64,000 bases of DNA. It comes from an uncultured Clostridia bacterium (GTDB lineage Bacteria > Bacillota > Clostridia > TANB77 > CAG-508). The stretch lies in assembly GCA_947629085.1 (NCBI GenBank), contig CANRCM010000002.1:1208-65207 (forward strand), read 5' to 3'. A program made the translations under genes and the position numbers. The notes beneath the pieces are model-generated. The model saw only the letters and a program-made list of their open reading frames with translations, was not told the origin of the DNA and searched no databases. This document shows positions 1-9,697 of the stretch, piece by piece (within the stretch, counting starts at the first letter, position 1; each line of letters begins with the position of its first letter).

Positions 1-1268
1 ATCCTTTTACACGTCAATTTATTGAATATAATAGCAATCATTCAAAGAAAAAACTTGGTATGCTAATATTAGACGTAAAAGGTAATTACTATAAGCAAGT
101 AAAAAAATATGCTAAACAGTATAACATTTTAAAAGATCTAATAGTAATAGAGTTAAAATCAAATGTTTTTTATAATCCATTACATAAACCTCATTTAAAG
201 CCTCAAGTTTTAGCAAATAGATTAAAAACTATTCTTCTTTTATTTTCTGAAAATAATTCAGATGACTACTGGCTAGATAAAGCAGAAACTATAATTTGTG
301 AAGCAATTAAACTTTGTAGGTTATATAACAATGGTTATGTTACATTTTTAGAATTGCATAAATTAATTACTTTACCTAATTATTATAAAGAAAAAATTGC
401 AATTTTAAGAGATTTATTTATTTCATCTAAATTATCTGATCAGCAAATTTATGAATTAAATCAAAGCTTAGATTTTTTTGAAAAAGAATTTCAAAATTTA
501 GATACTAGAACAAAAAATATTTTGATTTCTGAAATTACACGAATTACAAATCCTTTTATTTCAGATTATGATGTCATGTTTACTTTTTGCGCTCCCAAAA
601 ACAAATTAACATTCACAGGTTTTCAAGATGTATTAGATAACGGTAAAATTGTTGTTTTAAATATGAATATCTCTGAATATAGTATTCTTTCTAAAATCAT
701 TTCTACATATTTAAAATTAGATTTTCAAACAGAAATTATGAACCGATTATCAAAAAATATTTCTACACCCTCTGTATTTATTTGTGATGAATATGATAAA
801 TTTGCTAGCAAAACTGATGGAGATTTCTTCTCATTGAGTAGAGAAGCAAAATGCATAAATATAGTAAGTACACAAAGTTATTCCTCTTTAAAAAATACTT
901 TAAAAGATGATTCTTCAGTTAAAGTTATTATTCAAAATTTAATAAATAAAATTTGGTTTAGAACAGATGATACTTTCACAATCGAAGAAGCTCAAAAACA
1001 ATTAGGAAAAGAAGACAAAGAAAAAATTTCTAAAAGTATTTCAGAAAGTGCCAAAGAAACTAAATTTAGTTATATAACAAATACTCTAAATTCAGAAAAT
1101 TCAAATATTTCTGAAACATTTAGTACTTACACTCAAAATGACTTTATTTTTGAATCTAATTTCTTTACACAAAATTTAGAAACATTTACCGCTCTTACTT
1201 TTTTATCAGATGGAAGCAAAATATATTTACCAAAAAAATTAAAAATGTTTCCTTATTTTAAACATTAA
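1..1268 (+). CDS. Type IV coupling protein (VirD4/TraG/TcpA-like), C-terminal ~2/3. The frame is open to the window start, so the 5' end lies outside the window.
   Basis: Carries the family motifs LILDVKGNYY...FYNPL, a Walker-B-like FICDEYDKF, and IVSTQSYSSL. Frame 3 has no stop from position 3 onward. Confidence 0.65.
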   Translation, partial: PFTRQFIEYNSNHSKKKLGMLILDVKGNYYKQVKKYAKQYNILKDLIVIELKSNVFYNPLHKPHLKPQVLANRLKTILLLFSENNSDDYWLDKAETIICEAIKLCRLYNNGYVTFLELHKLITLPNYYKEKIAILRDLFISSKLSDQQIYELNQSLDFFEKEFQNLDTRTKNILISEITRITNPFISDYDVMFTFCAPKNKLTFTGFQDVLDNGKIVVLNMNISEYSILSKIISTYLKLDFQTEIMNRLSKNISTPSVFICDEYDKFASKTDGDFFSLSREAKCINIVSTQSYSSLKNTLKDDSSVKVIIQNLINKIWFRTDDTFTIEEAQKQLGKEDKEKISKSISESAKETKFSYITNTLNSENSNISETFSTYTQNDFIFESNFFTQNLETFTALTFLSDGSKIYLPKKLKMFPYFKH

Positions 1269-1321
1269 AGGTTTATGAATTTTCCTATTAAAAATTCAAA
1301 TAATTTTAAGGACTGATTTAT

Positions 1322-1654
1322 TTGAAAAAATTTTTATTTTATATTATTTTTATATTAATTTTTTCTATATTACTTTTAAATTTATTTTGTAATAATTGTT
1401 TTGCATGGGGAGATCCCCAAATTGTAACTAAAATAAATTCTGCTTTTGAAGATATAGAAAAATGGATTTTAAAAATTTCTACTCCTGCAGCTGCAGTAGC
1501 TGTTGGAAGTGGCGTATTTATGCGAAAATTTAGTTTTGGAGATGAAGAAAAAATTAGAATGGGGAAAAAAATTATAAAAGGATCTTTATTTTCTTATGCT
1601 TTTATATTAGCAATTGATTTAATTCTATCTGCTATAAAGTCACTTGTTTCTTAA
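1322..1654 (+). CDS. Small membrane protein with VirB2/TrbC pilin-like topology.
   Basis: 110 aa. It has a signal-peptide-like N-terminus, then helix 1 (TPAAAVAVGSGVFM), a charged loop (FGDEEKIRMGKK) and helix 2 (SLFSYAFILAIDLIL). Weak RBS, TTG start. Confidence 0.4.
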   Translation: MKKFLFYIIFILIFSILLLNLFCNNCFAWGDPQIVTKINSAFEDIEKWILKISTPAAAVAVGSGVFMRKFSFGDEEKIRMGKKIIKGSLFSYAFILAIDLILSAIKSLVS

Positions 1655-1664
1655 GGAGGTTAAT

Positions 1665-2543
1665 TTGGAAAATTCTGCAGATATAACTCAAACAATTATA
1701 GATACAATAAATAAAATATTTGAAAAATTATTTGCATCTATTGATAATAGTTTATATTCAACTTTAGATAAAATAACATTTATTAATTCAGATATACTGA
1801 CAGATAATACTTTTGAAAAAATATTTGGAACATCGACTTCAAATGGTATTTTAATAATTGCAAATTCTTTATTATTAGGTTTTATTTTATATTATTCAAT
1901 AAAATATTTAATGTCGCATATTACCTATACTCAAGTTGAGAATCCCTTTAGTTTTATTATAAAATTAATTATTTTTGGTCTTTTTATGAACTATTCTTTT
2001 TCAATAATTAGAATAATAATTAATTTAAATTCTAATATAACTATTTCTATTCAAAATATAGGTGAAAATATTTTGAATTGTCAAATTTCTTTTTCAGAAT
2101 TAATAAATAAAATAAATACTAATATGTCTATTCAAACGTCATCTATTGATATTTTTTCAATTGATGGATTTATTAAAGGAACTCTCAGTTTATCATTATT
2201 AAATTTAATTCTTTCATCTGCTTTCAGATATATAATGATTAAAGTATTCGTATTGCTCTCACCTTTTGCTTTCTTATCACTTACATTAAATACAACTTCT
2301 TGGTTTTTTAAATCATGGCTAAAAAATTTATTTTCTTTATTATTTATTCAAATTATAGTCTGTATTGTTTTACTTTTACTTTTTTCACTGGATTTTTCTA
2401 ATTCAAATATATTTAATAAATTTATTTATATTGGTGGCATATATGCACTAATAAAAGCAAACGCTTTTGTTAGAGAATTTGTTGGTGGAATATCCACAGA
2501 TATATCACAAACTGTTCAAAAATTTTCCTCATTTATAAATTAA
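1665..2543 (+). CDS. Polytopic membrane protein, VirB6/TrbL-like.
   Basis: About 6 hydrophobic helices. RBS AAGGAGG at 1654-1660, then a TTG start at 1665. The ORF-track start at 1644 overlaps the RBS. Confidence 0.4.
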   Translation: MENSADITQTIIDTINKIFEKLFASIDNSLYSTLDKITFINSDILTDNTFEKIFGTSTSNGILIIANSLLLGFILYYSIKYLMSHITYTQVENPFSFIIKLIIFGLFMNYSFSIIRIIINLNSNITISIQNIGENILNCQISFSELINKINTNMSIQTSSIDIFSIDGFIKGTLSLSLLNLILSSAFRYIMIKVFVLLSPFAFLSLTLNTTSWFFKSWLKNLFSLLFIQIIVCIVLLLLFSLDFSNSNIFNKFIYIGGIYALIKANAFVREFVGGISTDISQTVQKFSSFIN

Positions 2544-2554
2544 AGGAGGTCTTA

Positions 2555-2845
2555 ATGAAATTTATTTTTCCACAAAATTATAATTTTAAAAATAAGATAT
2601 TAGGTATAATTGATTATACAACTGCTTTTTTTAATGTTGTATGGTATATTTTAGTTTTTTTAATTACTAATATTATTTTTAAAAATTTACAAATTAAAAT
2701 TTTTATTTTCATTTTATTATGCTTTCCTTTGTTTCTTTTTAGTATTTCAGGATTTAATGGTGAAAACATTTTTTATGTATTTAAATATATATTAAAATAT
2801 TTTATTAAGCAAAAATTATATTTTTATAATAAAAATTATAAATAG
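2555..2845 (+). CDS. VirB3/PrgI-like two-TM protein.
   Basis: RBS AAAGGAGG upstream. The N-terminus (FPQNYNFKNKILGII) aligns with IPRNYKGEGRILYIF of the island VirB3-like protein at 30494-30871. Two TM helices. Confidence 0.5.
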   Translation: MKFIFPQNYNFKNKILGIIDYTTAFFNVVWYILVFLITNIIFKNLQIKIFIFILLCFPLFLFSISGFNGENIFYVFKYILKYFIKQKLYFYNKNYK

Positions 2846-2965
2846 TAATTTTTATCATTAATATGTATTATTTATAAATTTTGCTTTTTTCCTTGAATTT
2901 TATGTCCAAAAAAGTTATAATTTGAGGTACAGAATTGTACTAAAAGATGTTAGGAGAGATTTTAT

Positions 2966-3946
2966 ATGAAATTAGAACAAAATGAACAACCACTTATTTT
3001 TTCTACAACTGAGATTTCTGATATTTTCTTCTCAGAATATTTGTCAGAATTACCTGGTGATTATCTAAAAATATATTTATATATAATATTCTTATCTAAA
3101 TATGGAAAAGATATTAAATTAACAGATTTATCAAAAAAATTAAATATCCCTCTAAAAGTTATTAATGATGGATTAAAATTTTTAGAAGAACGAAATTTGG
3201 TTACTAAAAAAACTACGGGATATATTATTACAAATTTACAAGAGTTTACTCTTCACAATTTATATACACCTAATTTAACACTTTCTAAAGAAAAAATAGA
3301 GCAAACTGCAAACAATAAATCTAAAGCAAAAGCTATTGAACATATTAATAATATGTATTTTCAAGGTATTATGGGACCTTCTTGGTATAATGATATTGAT
3401 TTATGGTTTAGAAAATATTGTTTTGATGAGCAAGTAATGATTGCTTTGTTTGATTATTGTTATAAACGTAGTGCTTTACATAGAAATTACATACAAACAG
3501 TTGCGGAAGCTTGGGCTTCAAATAATGTAAAAACATGGAATGATTTAGATTTATATTATCAAAAACAAGAAAATTTAAATAAAATAAAAAAATCAATTGC
3601 AAAAAAACTTGGAAAATATAATGGTCTTACTCAATATGAAGAAGCTTATATTGAAAATTGGATTTTAAATTTTGGTTATGATATGAATATTATTGAAATT
3701 GCTTTAAAAAGAACAACTTTTAAACAAAATCCTACTTTTGAATATATTAATAATATTATTACAGATTGGCATGATAGAAAATTAAAAACACCATCAGAGG
3801 TTAATGCTTTTCTTGAGCAACGTAAAAAACAAGAAAATGATACTAAAAACTTAAAATCCAAAGTTAATAAAGCTAATTATACTCAAAGGCAATATTCTAA
3901 TTTAGATTTTCTTTACGCAAATAATATAGAAAAGAAGGAGAATTAA
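2966..3946 (+). CDS. DnaD-domain replication initiation / membrane attachment protein (DnaB/DnaD-like primosomal component).
   Basis: C-terminal DnaD-like repeat (NWILNFGYDMNIIEIALKRTTFKQNPTFEYINNIITDWHDRKLKT). RBS GGAGAG. Its stop overlaps the start of the following dnaI gene (TAAATG). Confidence 0.65.
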   Translation: MKLEQNEQPLIFSTTEISDIFFSEYLSELPGDYLKIYLYIIFLSKYGKDIKLTDLSKKLNIPLKVINDGLKFLEERNLVTKKTTGYIITNLQEFTLHNLYTPNLTLSKEKIEQTANNKSKAKAIEHINNMYFQGIMGPSWYNDIDLWFRKYCFDEQVMIALFDYCYKRSALHRNYIQTVAEAWASNNVKTWNDLDLYYQKQENLNKIKKSIAKKLGKYNGLTQYEEAYIENWILNFGYDMNIIEIALKRTTFKQNPTFEYINNIITDWHDRKLKTPSEVNAFLEQRKKQENDTKNLKSKVNKANYTQRQYSNLDFLYANNIEKKEN

Positions 3947-4949
3947 ATGTCTAACGAATTTTTAAACTCATTATTAAAAGAATATGAACAAAAAAAATTA
4001 ACTGCAGAATTGAATCTGGAAAAAAGAAAAGAAACTCTATATAAAGATGTTCCAAGACTTCAAAAAATAGAAGATAATTTAAACAATTTCGCAATTATGA
4101 CCGCTAAAAACATTTTAAACAATTCTTCTTATCCTATTGATCAACTAGAGGATGAAGTAAATAAATTAAAACTAGAAAAATCAGAAATATTAAAAAATTT
4201 AAATTTACCAGATAATTATCTAGAACCAAATTATGATTGTAAAATTTGTAAAGATACTGGTTATATTAAATTAGATAATTATAAGACTTCAATGTGTAAT
4301 TGTTTAAAACAAAAATTATTAGAATGTTCTTTTAATAAATCAAATATGTATAATTTAGATAAGCAAAATTTTAATAATTTTAATGAAGATATTTTTTCGG
4401 ATGAAGTAGATTTATCCAAATGTAAATTAAATATTTCGCCTAGACAAAATATTTTAAATATAAAAAATAAATGTATAGAATTTATCGAAAATTTTGATAA
4501 TCCAAATCAAAAAAATCTACTTTTCACAGGGAAAACAGGTTTACGGTAAAACTTTTATGTCTAATTGTATAGCAGCTGAATTATTAAATAAAGGTAAAAC
4601 TGTTCTTTATCAAACAGCTCCTATATTGCTTGAAAGCGTAATAGATTATAAGTTTAATAAACATAATAGTATTTCAGAAAATATTTATAAATCAATATTA
4701 GATTGTGATTTGTTAATTATAGATGATTTAGGAACCGAAACCATAAATAGTATGAAGTTAAGTGAATTATTTACAATAATTAATACTAGAATTTTAAATT
4801 TAAATAATAAAATAACTAAAACTATAATCTCTACAAATTTAGATATTAATGATATTTTTAAACATTACGAAGAACGTATTGGCTCTAGAATTGCTGGATA
4901 TTACGATATTTATTATTTCTTAGGAAATGATCTGAGATTTAAAAAATAA
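3947..4949 (+). CDS. dnaI: Primosomal helicase loader DnaI (DnaC-like AAA+ ATPase), read as one gene split by a single extra C at 4544.
   Basis: N-terminal Cys cluster (CKICKDTGY...CNCLKQ) typical of the DnaI zinc domain. The Walker A motif is broken as FTGKTGLR* / VYGKTF. Deleting C4544 restores FTGKTGLGKTFMSNC. Confidence 0.7.
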
Positions 4950-5072
4950 TAAATATAAACATATTAATATATCTTTTGTAACTTACATATTGAATGATAT
5001 TTGTAATTAAAAAACTCAATTTTCTTAAATATTATATTAGAAAATTGAGTTTTTATTTTATTTAATTAACAG

Positions 5073-7529
5073 TTATTCTTCGCTTTCAATTTCTGGAGTT
5101 AAAGTTTCTATACTTACTACTTTTCCACCATCATTAGTTCTCATTAGCGTTACCCCTTGAGTTGACCTTCCTAAAATACTTATTTCATTTACTTTTAACC
5201 TAATAATTGTTCCAGTATCCGTAATTAGCATAACATCATCTTCTTCAGTTGCAATTCTTATTCCTACGATTTTTCCTGTTTTAGGAGTTATTTTATAAGT
5301 AATTACTCCCTTTCCTCCTCTTTTTTGTACTCTATATTCATCAAGTTCTGTTCGTTTTCCAAATCCATTTTCTGTAATTGCAAGTAATGTTGCCTGTCCA
5401 CCTACTATTACTGATTCCATTCCTATTACTTCATCATCTTCATCTAGTCTCATACCAATTACACCTTGTGATACTCTACCAATAGGTCTAACATCTTTTT
5501 CATCAAATGTTATGCATAATCCATTCCTTGTTACTAATATAACATTATCTTCTCCATCTGTTAGCCTAACTCCTATTAACTCATCATCATTTTTTAATGT
5601 AATTCCTTGTAATCCTGTTTTTCTTGCTGTATCATATTCTTTTAAAGACGTTTTCTTTATTAATCCATTTTTTGTTGCCATAAGTAGATATTTGCCTTCT
5701 GCAAAATTTTGAATCGGAATAACTGCTGATATTTTTTCTCCAGGATCTAAACTTAATAAATTAACAATTGCTGTACCTTTTGCTGTTCTTCCCGCTTCTG
5801 GTACTTCATATCCTCTTAATTTATATAATTTACCTTTATTTGTAAAGAATAAAATCATATCATGTGTTGATGTCGTAAATATTTGTTTTACAAAATCATC
5901 TTCACGTGTAGCAATTCCTGTAATGCCTTTTCCCCCTCTTCTTTGACTTCTATATGTATCTATTGGCATTCTTTTTATATATCCAAAATGTGTTAAAGCA
6001 ACTACACATTGTTCTTCTTTAATTAGATCTTCTAAATCAATTTCTCCTTCTGCCGCTACTATTTTTGTTTTTCTTGCATCTCCAAATTTTTCTTTTATTT
6101 CAAGTAATTCTTCTTTTATAATATCGAAAACAAGTTTTTCACTATTTAGAACTGCTCTTAAATGTTCTATCAACGCCATTAATTGATTGTATTCTTCCTC
6201 TATTTTTTCGCGTTGCAATCCTGATAGAGTTTTTAATCTCATATCTAAAATAGCTTGTGCTTGTATATCAGAGAGTCCAAATCGTTGCATTAATTTTTCT
6301 TTAGCATCATCATATGACGAACGAATAATTTGAATAACTTCTTCTATATAATCTAAAGCTATTTTCAATCCTTCTAATATATGAGCCCTAGCTAATGCTT
6401 TATCTAAATCAAATTGAGTTCTTCTTAAAATTACATCTTTTCTATGTTCTATATAACAATCTAAGCATTGTCTTAGTGTTAATATTTTAGGCTCTCCATT
6501 AACTAATGCAAGCATTATAATACCAAATGTAGTTTGCATTTGTGTATGTTTAAATAATTGATTTAATACAACTTGTGCATTAGCATCTCTTTTTAATTCT
6601 ATAACTACTCTAACTTTATCTATTCTATCTGATTCATCTCTACATTCAGAAATACCTTCTACTTTTCTTTCTTTTGATAAATCAGATATTGTTTTTATTA
6701 AGTTGGCTTTGTTAACTTGATATGGTAGTGAAGAAACAATAATTCTTTGTCTATTTCCGCTCATTTCTTCTATATTAGTTTCTGCTCTTAATGTTATCTT
6801 TCCTCTTCCTGTAGTATATGCTTGTTTTATTCCTTCAATTCCCAATATAATTCCTTCTGTAGGAAAATCTGGTCCCTTTATTACAGTCATCAATTCTTCA
6901 TCTGTAACTTCATCTTCATCTATAATTTTTATAATTCCATCTATTACTTCTGTTAAGTTATGTGGTGGTATATTTGTTGCCATACCAACAGCAATTCCTG
7001 ATGATCCATTAATTAGAAGTGCTGGTATTCTAGCAGGTAGAACCGTAGGCTCTTGTAATCTATCGTCATAGTTTGGCATAAATTGAACTGTATTCTTTTC
7101 TATATCTGTTAACATATATGAAGCAATTTTTGACATTCTAGCTTCCGTATACCTCATAGCTGCAGCTCCATCACCGTCAACAGATCCAAAATTACCATGT
7201 CCATCAATTAACATATATCTCATAGAAAAATCTTGGGCTAACCTTACCATAGCATCATATACAGAACTATCTCCATGTGGATGATATCTACCTAAAACAG
7301 AACCAACTGTATTTGCACATTTTCTATATGGTTTATCTGACGTTATTCCATCTTCATGCATAGCATAAAGAATTCTTCTATGTACAGGTTTTAAACCATC
7401 TCTAACATCTGGAAGTGCACGAGATACAATAACACTCATAGCATAGTCAATATATGCTGTTCTCATTTCTTTTTCTATGTCTCTTTCTATTATTTTTCCG
7501 TCATTTCTTTCTTCTGGTGTTTGTTCCAT
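5073..7529 (-). CDS. gyrA: DNA gyrase subunit A.
   Basis: 818 aa. Catalytic-Tyr region (AAAMRYTEA) and the C-terminal beta-pinwheel repeats are present. Confidence 0.95.
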   Translation of the reverse strand: MEQTPEERNDGKIIERDIEKEMRTAYIDYAMSVIVSRALPDVRDGLKPVHRRILYAMHEDGITSDKPYRKCANTVGSVLGRYHPHGDSSVYDAMVRLAQDFSMRYMLIDGHGNFGSVDGDGAAAMRYTEARMSKIASYMLTDIEKNTVQFMPNYDDRLQEPTVLPARIPALLINGSSGIAVGMATNIPPHNLTEVIDGIIKIIDEDEVTDEELMTVIKGPDFPTEGIILGIEGIKQAYTTGRGKITLRAETNIEEMSGNRQRIIVSSLPYQVNKANLIKTISDLSKERKVEGISECRDESDRIDKVRVVIELKRDANAQVVLNQLFKHTQMQTTFGIIMLALVNGEPKILTLRQCLDCYIEHRKDVILRRTQFDLDKALARAHILEGLKIALDYIEEVIQIIRSSYDDAKEKLMQRFGLSDIQAQAILDMRLKTLSGLQREKIEEEYNQLMALIEHLRAVLNSEKLVFDIIKEELLEIKEKFGDARKTKIVAAEGEIDLEDLIKEEQCVVALTHFGYIKRMPIDTYRSQRRGGKGITGIATREDDFVKQIFTTSTHDMILFFTNKGKLYKLRGYEVPEAGRTAKGTAIVNLLSLDPGEKISAVIPIQNFAEGKYLLMATKNGLIKKTSLKEYDTARKTGLQGITLKNDDELIGVRLTDGEDNVILVTRNGLCITFDEKDVRPIGRVSQGVIGMRLDEDDEVIGMESVIVGGQATLLAITENGFGKRTELDEYRVQKRGGKGVITYKITPKTGKIVGIRIATEEDDVMLITDTGTIIRLKVNEISILGRSTQGVTLMRTNDGGKVVSIETLTPEIESEE

Positions 7530-7564
7530 CTTTTTCCCTCTTTTCTTAAATCTTTTACATTTGT

Positions 7565-7593
7565 ATTATACTAAAAGCATATAAATTTTGCAA
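7565..7593 (-). promoter_or_regulatory. Sigma-A-type promoter for gyrA (minus strand): TTGCAA, 17 nt spacer, TATAAT.
   Basis: The plus strand reads attata(7565-7570)...ttgcaa(7588-7593). Its reverse complement gives -35 TTGCAA and -10 TATAAT about 35 nt upstream of the gyrA start. Confidence 0.45.
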
Positions 7594-7732
7594 GTAAAAT
7601 TCCTTAAAAAACACTAAATTTTCTACGGATTTAGTCTTTTGATTAATATTAAAAGTAATTATGAATTTTACAAAATACTAATTATTTTTTGTTTTGTTCT
7701 TTACTGCTTTTTGTAATGTAATTCTTTCAATT

Positions 7733-8459
7733 TTATATTAACTTTTCTGCTAATTCCATTTGTTCTTTAGTTAAATTAAAATCTTGACCATTATTTTTTA
7801 TTAAATTATGTAATACTTCTATTGTTTTAGCATTATTAATGGTGTTTTCAATAGGTGCAATATTTTTTAATTGTTTTTCTATTTTACTATATTCTTTTTC
7901 CATTCCATTAAAATTTTTGGATTCAAAATACTTTTTCCAATTCGAAACATATTTATTAATATTATCTATAGCTTGATATTGGTTGTTAAAAGATTGTGTA
8001 ATATTACTTTCTAAATTATTTAAAATAATATTTTTACCTTGTTTTATTGTATTAGCAATACTGCTACTAATAGCACCCTCTTTTCTTACTTTTTCTACAA
8101 CATTATCAATTAAAATTGACATACTATCAATTAATCCTCCACTTTGTATTGCTTTTTGCATTTGCCCTACGCTTTCAAAGTTTCCTGTAAAAATTCCTAT
8201 TGCACTTTTTCCTAAGTCTATAGCATCACTTATAGTTTGTTTTATCCCGATCTTTCAGTCCATAATTAAATAAATTCTCTTTTAAACTAATTACTTCATT
8301 TTCCATAAAATCTGGTAATATTGCTCTCATACCTATATCTATTGCGGTGTTTATTGTTTTTCCTAATGTTGTCTCCAAAAAATTTTTTTGAGTTGTTTCA
8401 TTGACAATATTATTATTTTTTTCTATAACATTATTTTTTTCTAAATTTTCTATATTCAT
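7733..8459 (-). CDS. Hypothetical protein (~240 aa), read as one gene split by an extra base at 8249 (a C on the coding strand, before GGG).
   Basis: The ORFs 8226-8459 and 7733-8161 are contiguous in homology once the G at plus-strand 8249 is removed. The joined reading gives ...NYGLKDGIKQTISDAIDLGK... Confidence 0.45.
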
Positions 8460-8527
8460 TTTTACCTCTTTTCTTTTATTTATTTTTAATTGCCTTTTTA
8501 TAATTAATTTTACTTTTAAAAATAATT

Positions 8528-9697
8528 TTATTTTAATATTTTATTAAATATTTTTTTATACTTATTTTTATAAATTTGATTTTTTTTATGATAAAAAATT
8601 TTATAAATTTTAAAAGGTTTTTTAATAATATTTTTAATGACTAAATCACTAATTGAATTAAAAAAATATTTTTTTTCTATAATATATAATTGGGGTTTAT
8701 GATTTAAAATTTCTTTTTTATTTATTTTTAAATTTTTTATAAATTTATTAAAATCCATAAAGTCATTATTTATTATATATATTATTTTATCACTTGTGGT
8801 AATTAGTTCTTTAATTAAATATATGTTTTTGTTATATAAATTTAAATCTATATTAAATAAAATATAATCATATTTTTTTTCATTTTGTTTTAAAAAATTT
8901 TTTAAATTATTTTTTATTTCTTTTTTATTTATTTTAATTAAAAATTTTTTTAAATTATTTATTAAAATTGATTCTTTATTAATTATTTTTTTATTTTTTT
9001 TGTTGTTTATATTATTTTTATTATTCAAATTAATTAATAATATTTTTTTATTTTTTTCTATTAAATAATTAATTAATAAATTATTTATATGTTTTTGTTC
9101 ATTTTCATAAATAATTATTTTTTTGTTTGTTTTTATATTAATATTTTTTGTGAATTTTTTATCTTTTTGATTTTTTTTCTTTATTTTTTTTAATTTTTCT
9201 ATATAATTTTTAATTTTATTTTCATTTTTATCCTTATTTTTTCTTTTATTTTTATCTTGTTTTTCTTTTTTATTTATTTTTTTTATATTATGTTTTATAG
9301 TACTTTTTATTTGTTTATTTTTCAAAATATTTTTGTTTTCTATAAATAAATTTATTATTTTAATTTTATTTATTTTATTAATATAATAAATATTTTTTAT
9401 TTTTAATTTTTTTAATTTATTTTCTTTTCCTATATTTTCTTTTTGAAGAAAAAAAATAATATTAATTTTTTTATTAATTATTTTTATTTTTTTTATTAAA
9501 TCTTCTATACTAATTTCTCCAGGTAATTTTTCATCTAATAAAATTAAATCTATATTTTTTTCTCTTTTTAATATTTCTAAAATTGCCTCTCTGTATTGTA
9601 CTTTTTTTATATTTATCTGAATATTTATTAAATTTTCTATTTTTTCTATTTTTTTTAATATTTTTTTATTTTCAATTGCTAATATTACCTTTTTCAT
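8528..9697 (-). CDS. Lys/Asn/Ile-rich low-complexity protein with a possible receiver-like N-terminal fold.
   Basis: 389 aa. The N-terminus (KVILAIENKK...LILLDEKLPGEISIEDLIKKIKI) resembles a CheY-like REC domain. The rest is poly-K/N/I. It overlaps the upstream VirB4 gene by 26 nt. Confidence 0.45.
   Translation of the reverse strand: MKKVILAIENKKILKKIEKIENLINIQINIKKVQYREAILEILKREKNIDLILLDEKLPGEISIEDLIKKIKIINKKINIIFFLQKENIGKENKLKKLKIKNIYYINKINKIKIINLFIENKNILKNKQIKSTIKHNIKKINKKEKQDKNKRKNKDKNENKIKNYIEKLKKIKKKNQKDKKFTKNINIKTNKKIIIYENEQKHINNLLINYLIEKNKKILLINLNNKNNINNKKNKKIINKESILINNLKKFLIKINKKEIKNNLKNFLKQNEKKYDYILFNIDLNLYNKNIYLIKELITTSDKIIYIINNDFMDFNKFIKNLKINKKEILNHKPQLYIIEKKYFFNSISDLVIKNIIKKPFKIYKIFYHKKNQIYKNKYKKIFNKILK

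Noticed and set aside
5512-5712. Antisense or embedded ORFs inside gyrA and many other genes (e.g. 5512-5712, 13318-13545, 14910-15158, 16637-17041, 17758-17994, 20663-20953, 22352-23224, 24891-25151, 32835-33272, 36164-36547, 55612-56115, 62805-63404).
   Set aside because: They lie entirely within well-supported genes on the opposite strand or in another frame. Their F/L/I-rich composition is typical of AT-rich antisense reading, and none has an RBS.
8528-9697. Nucleotide-level repeats in the K-rich gene as a possible CRISPR or tandem-repeat array.
   Set aside because: The repeats are irregular and sit within one long ORF. They are coding low-complexity sequence, not repeat-spacer structure.
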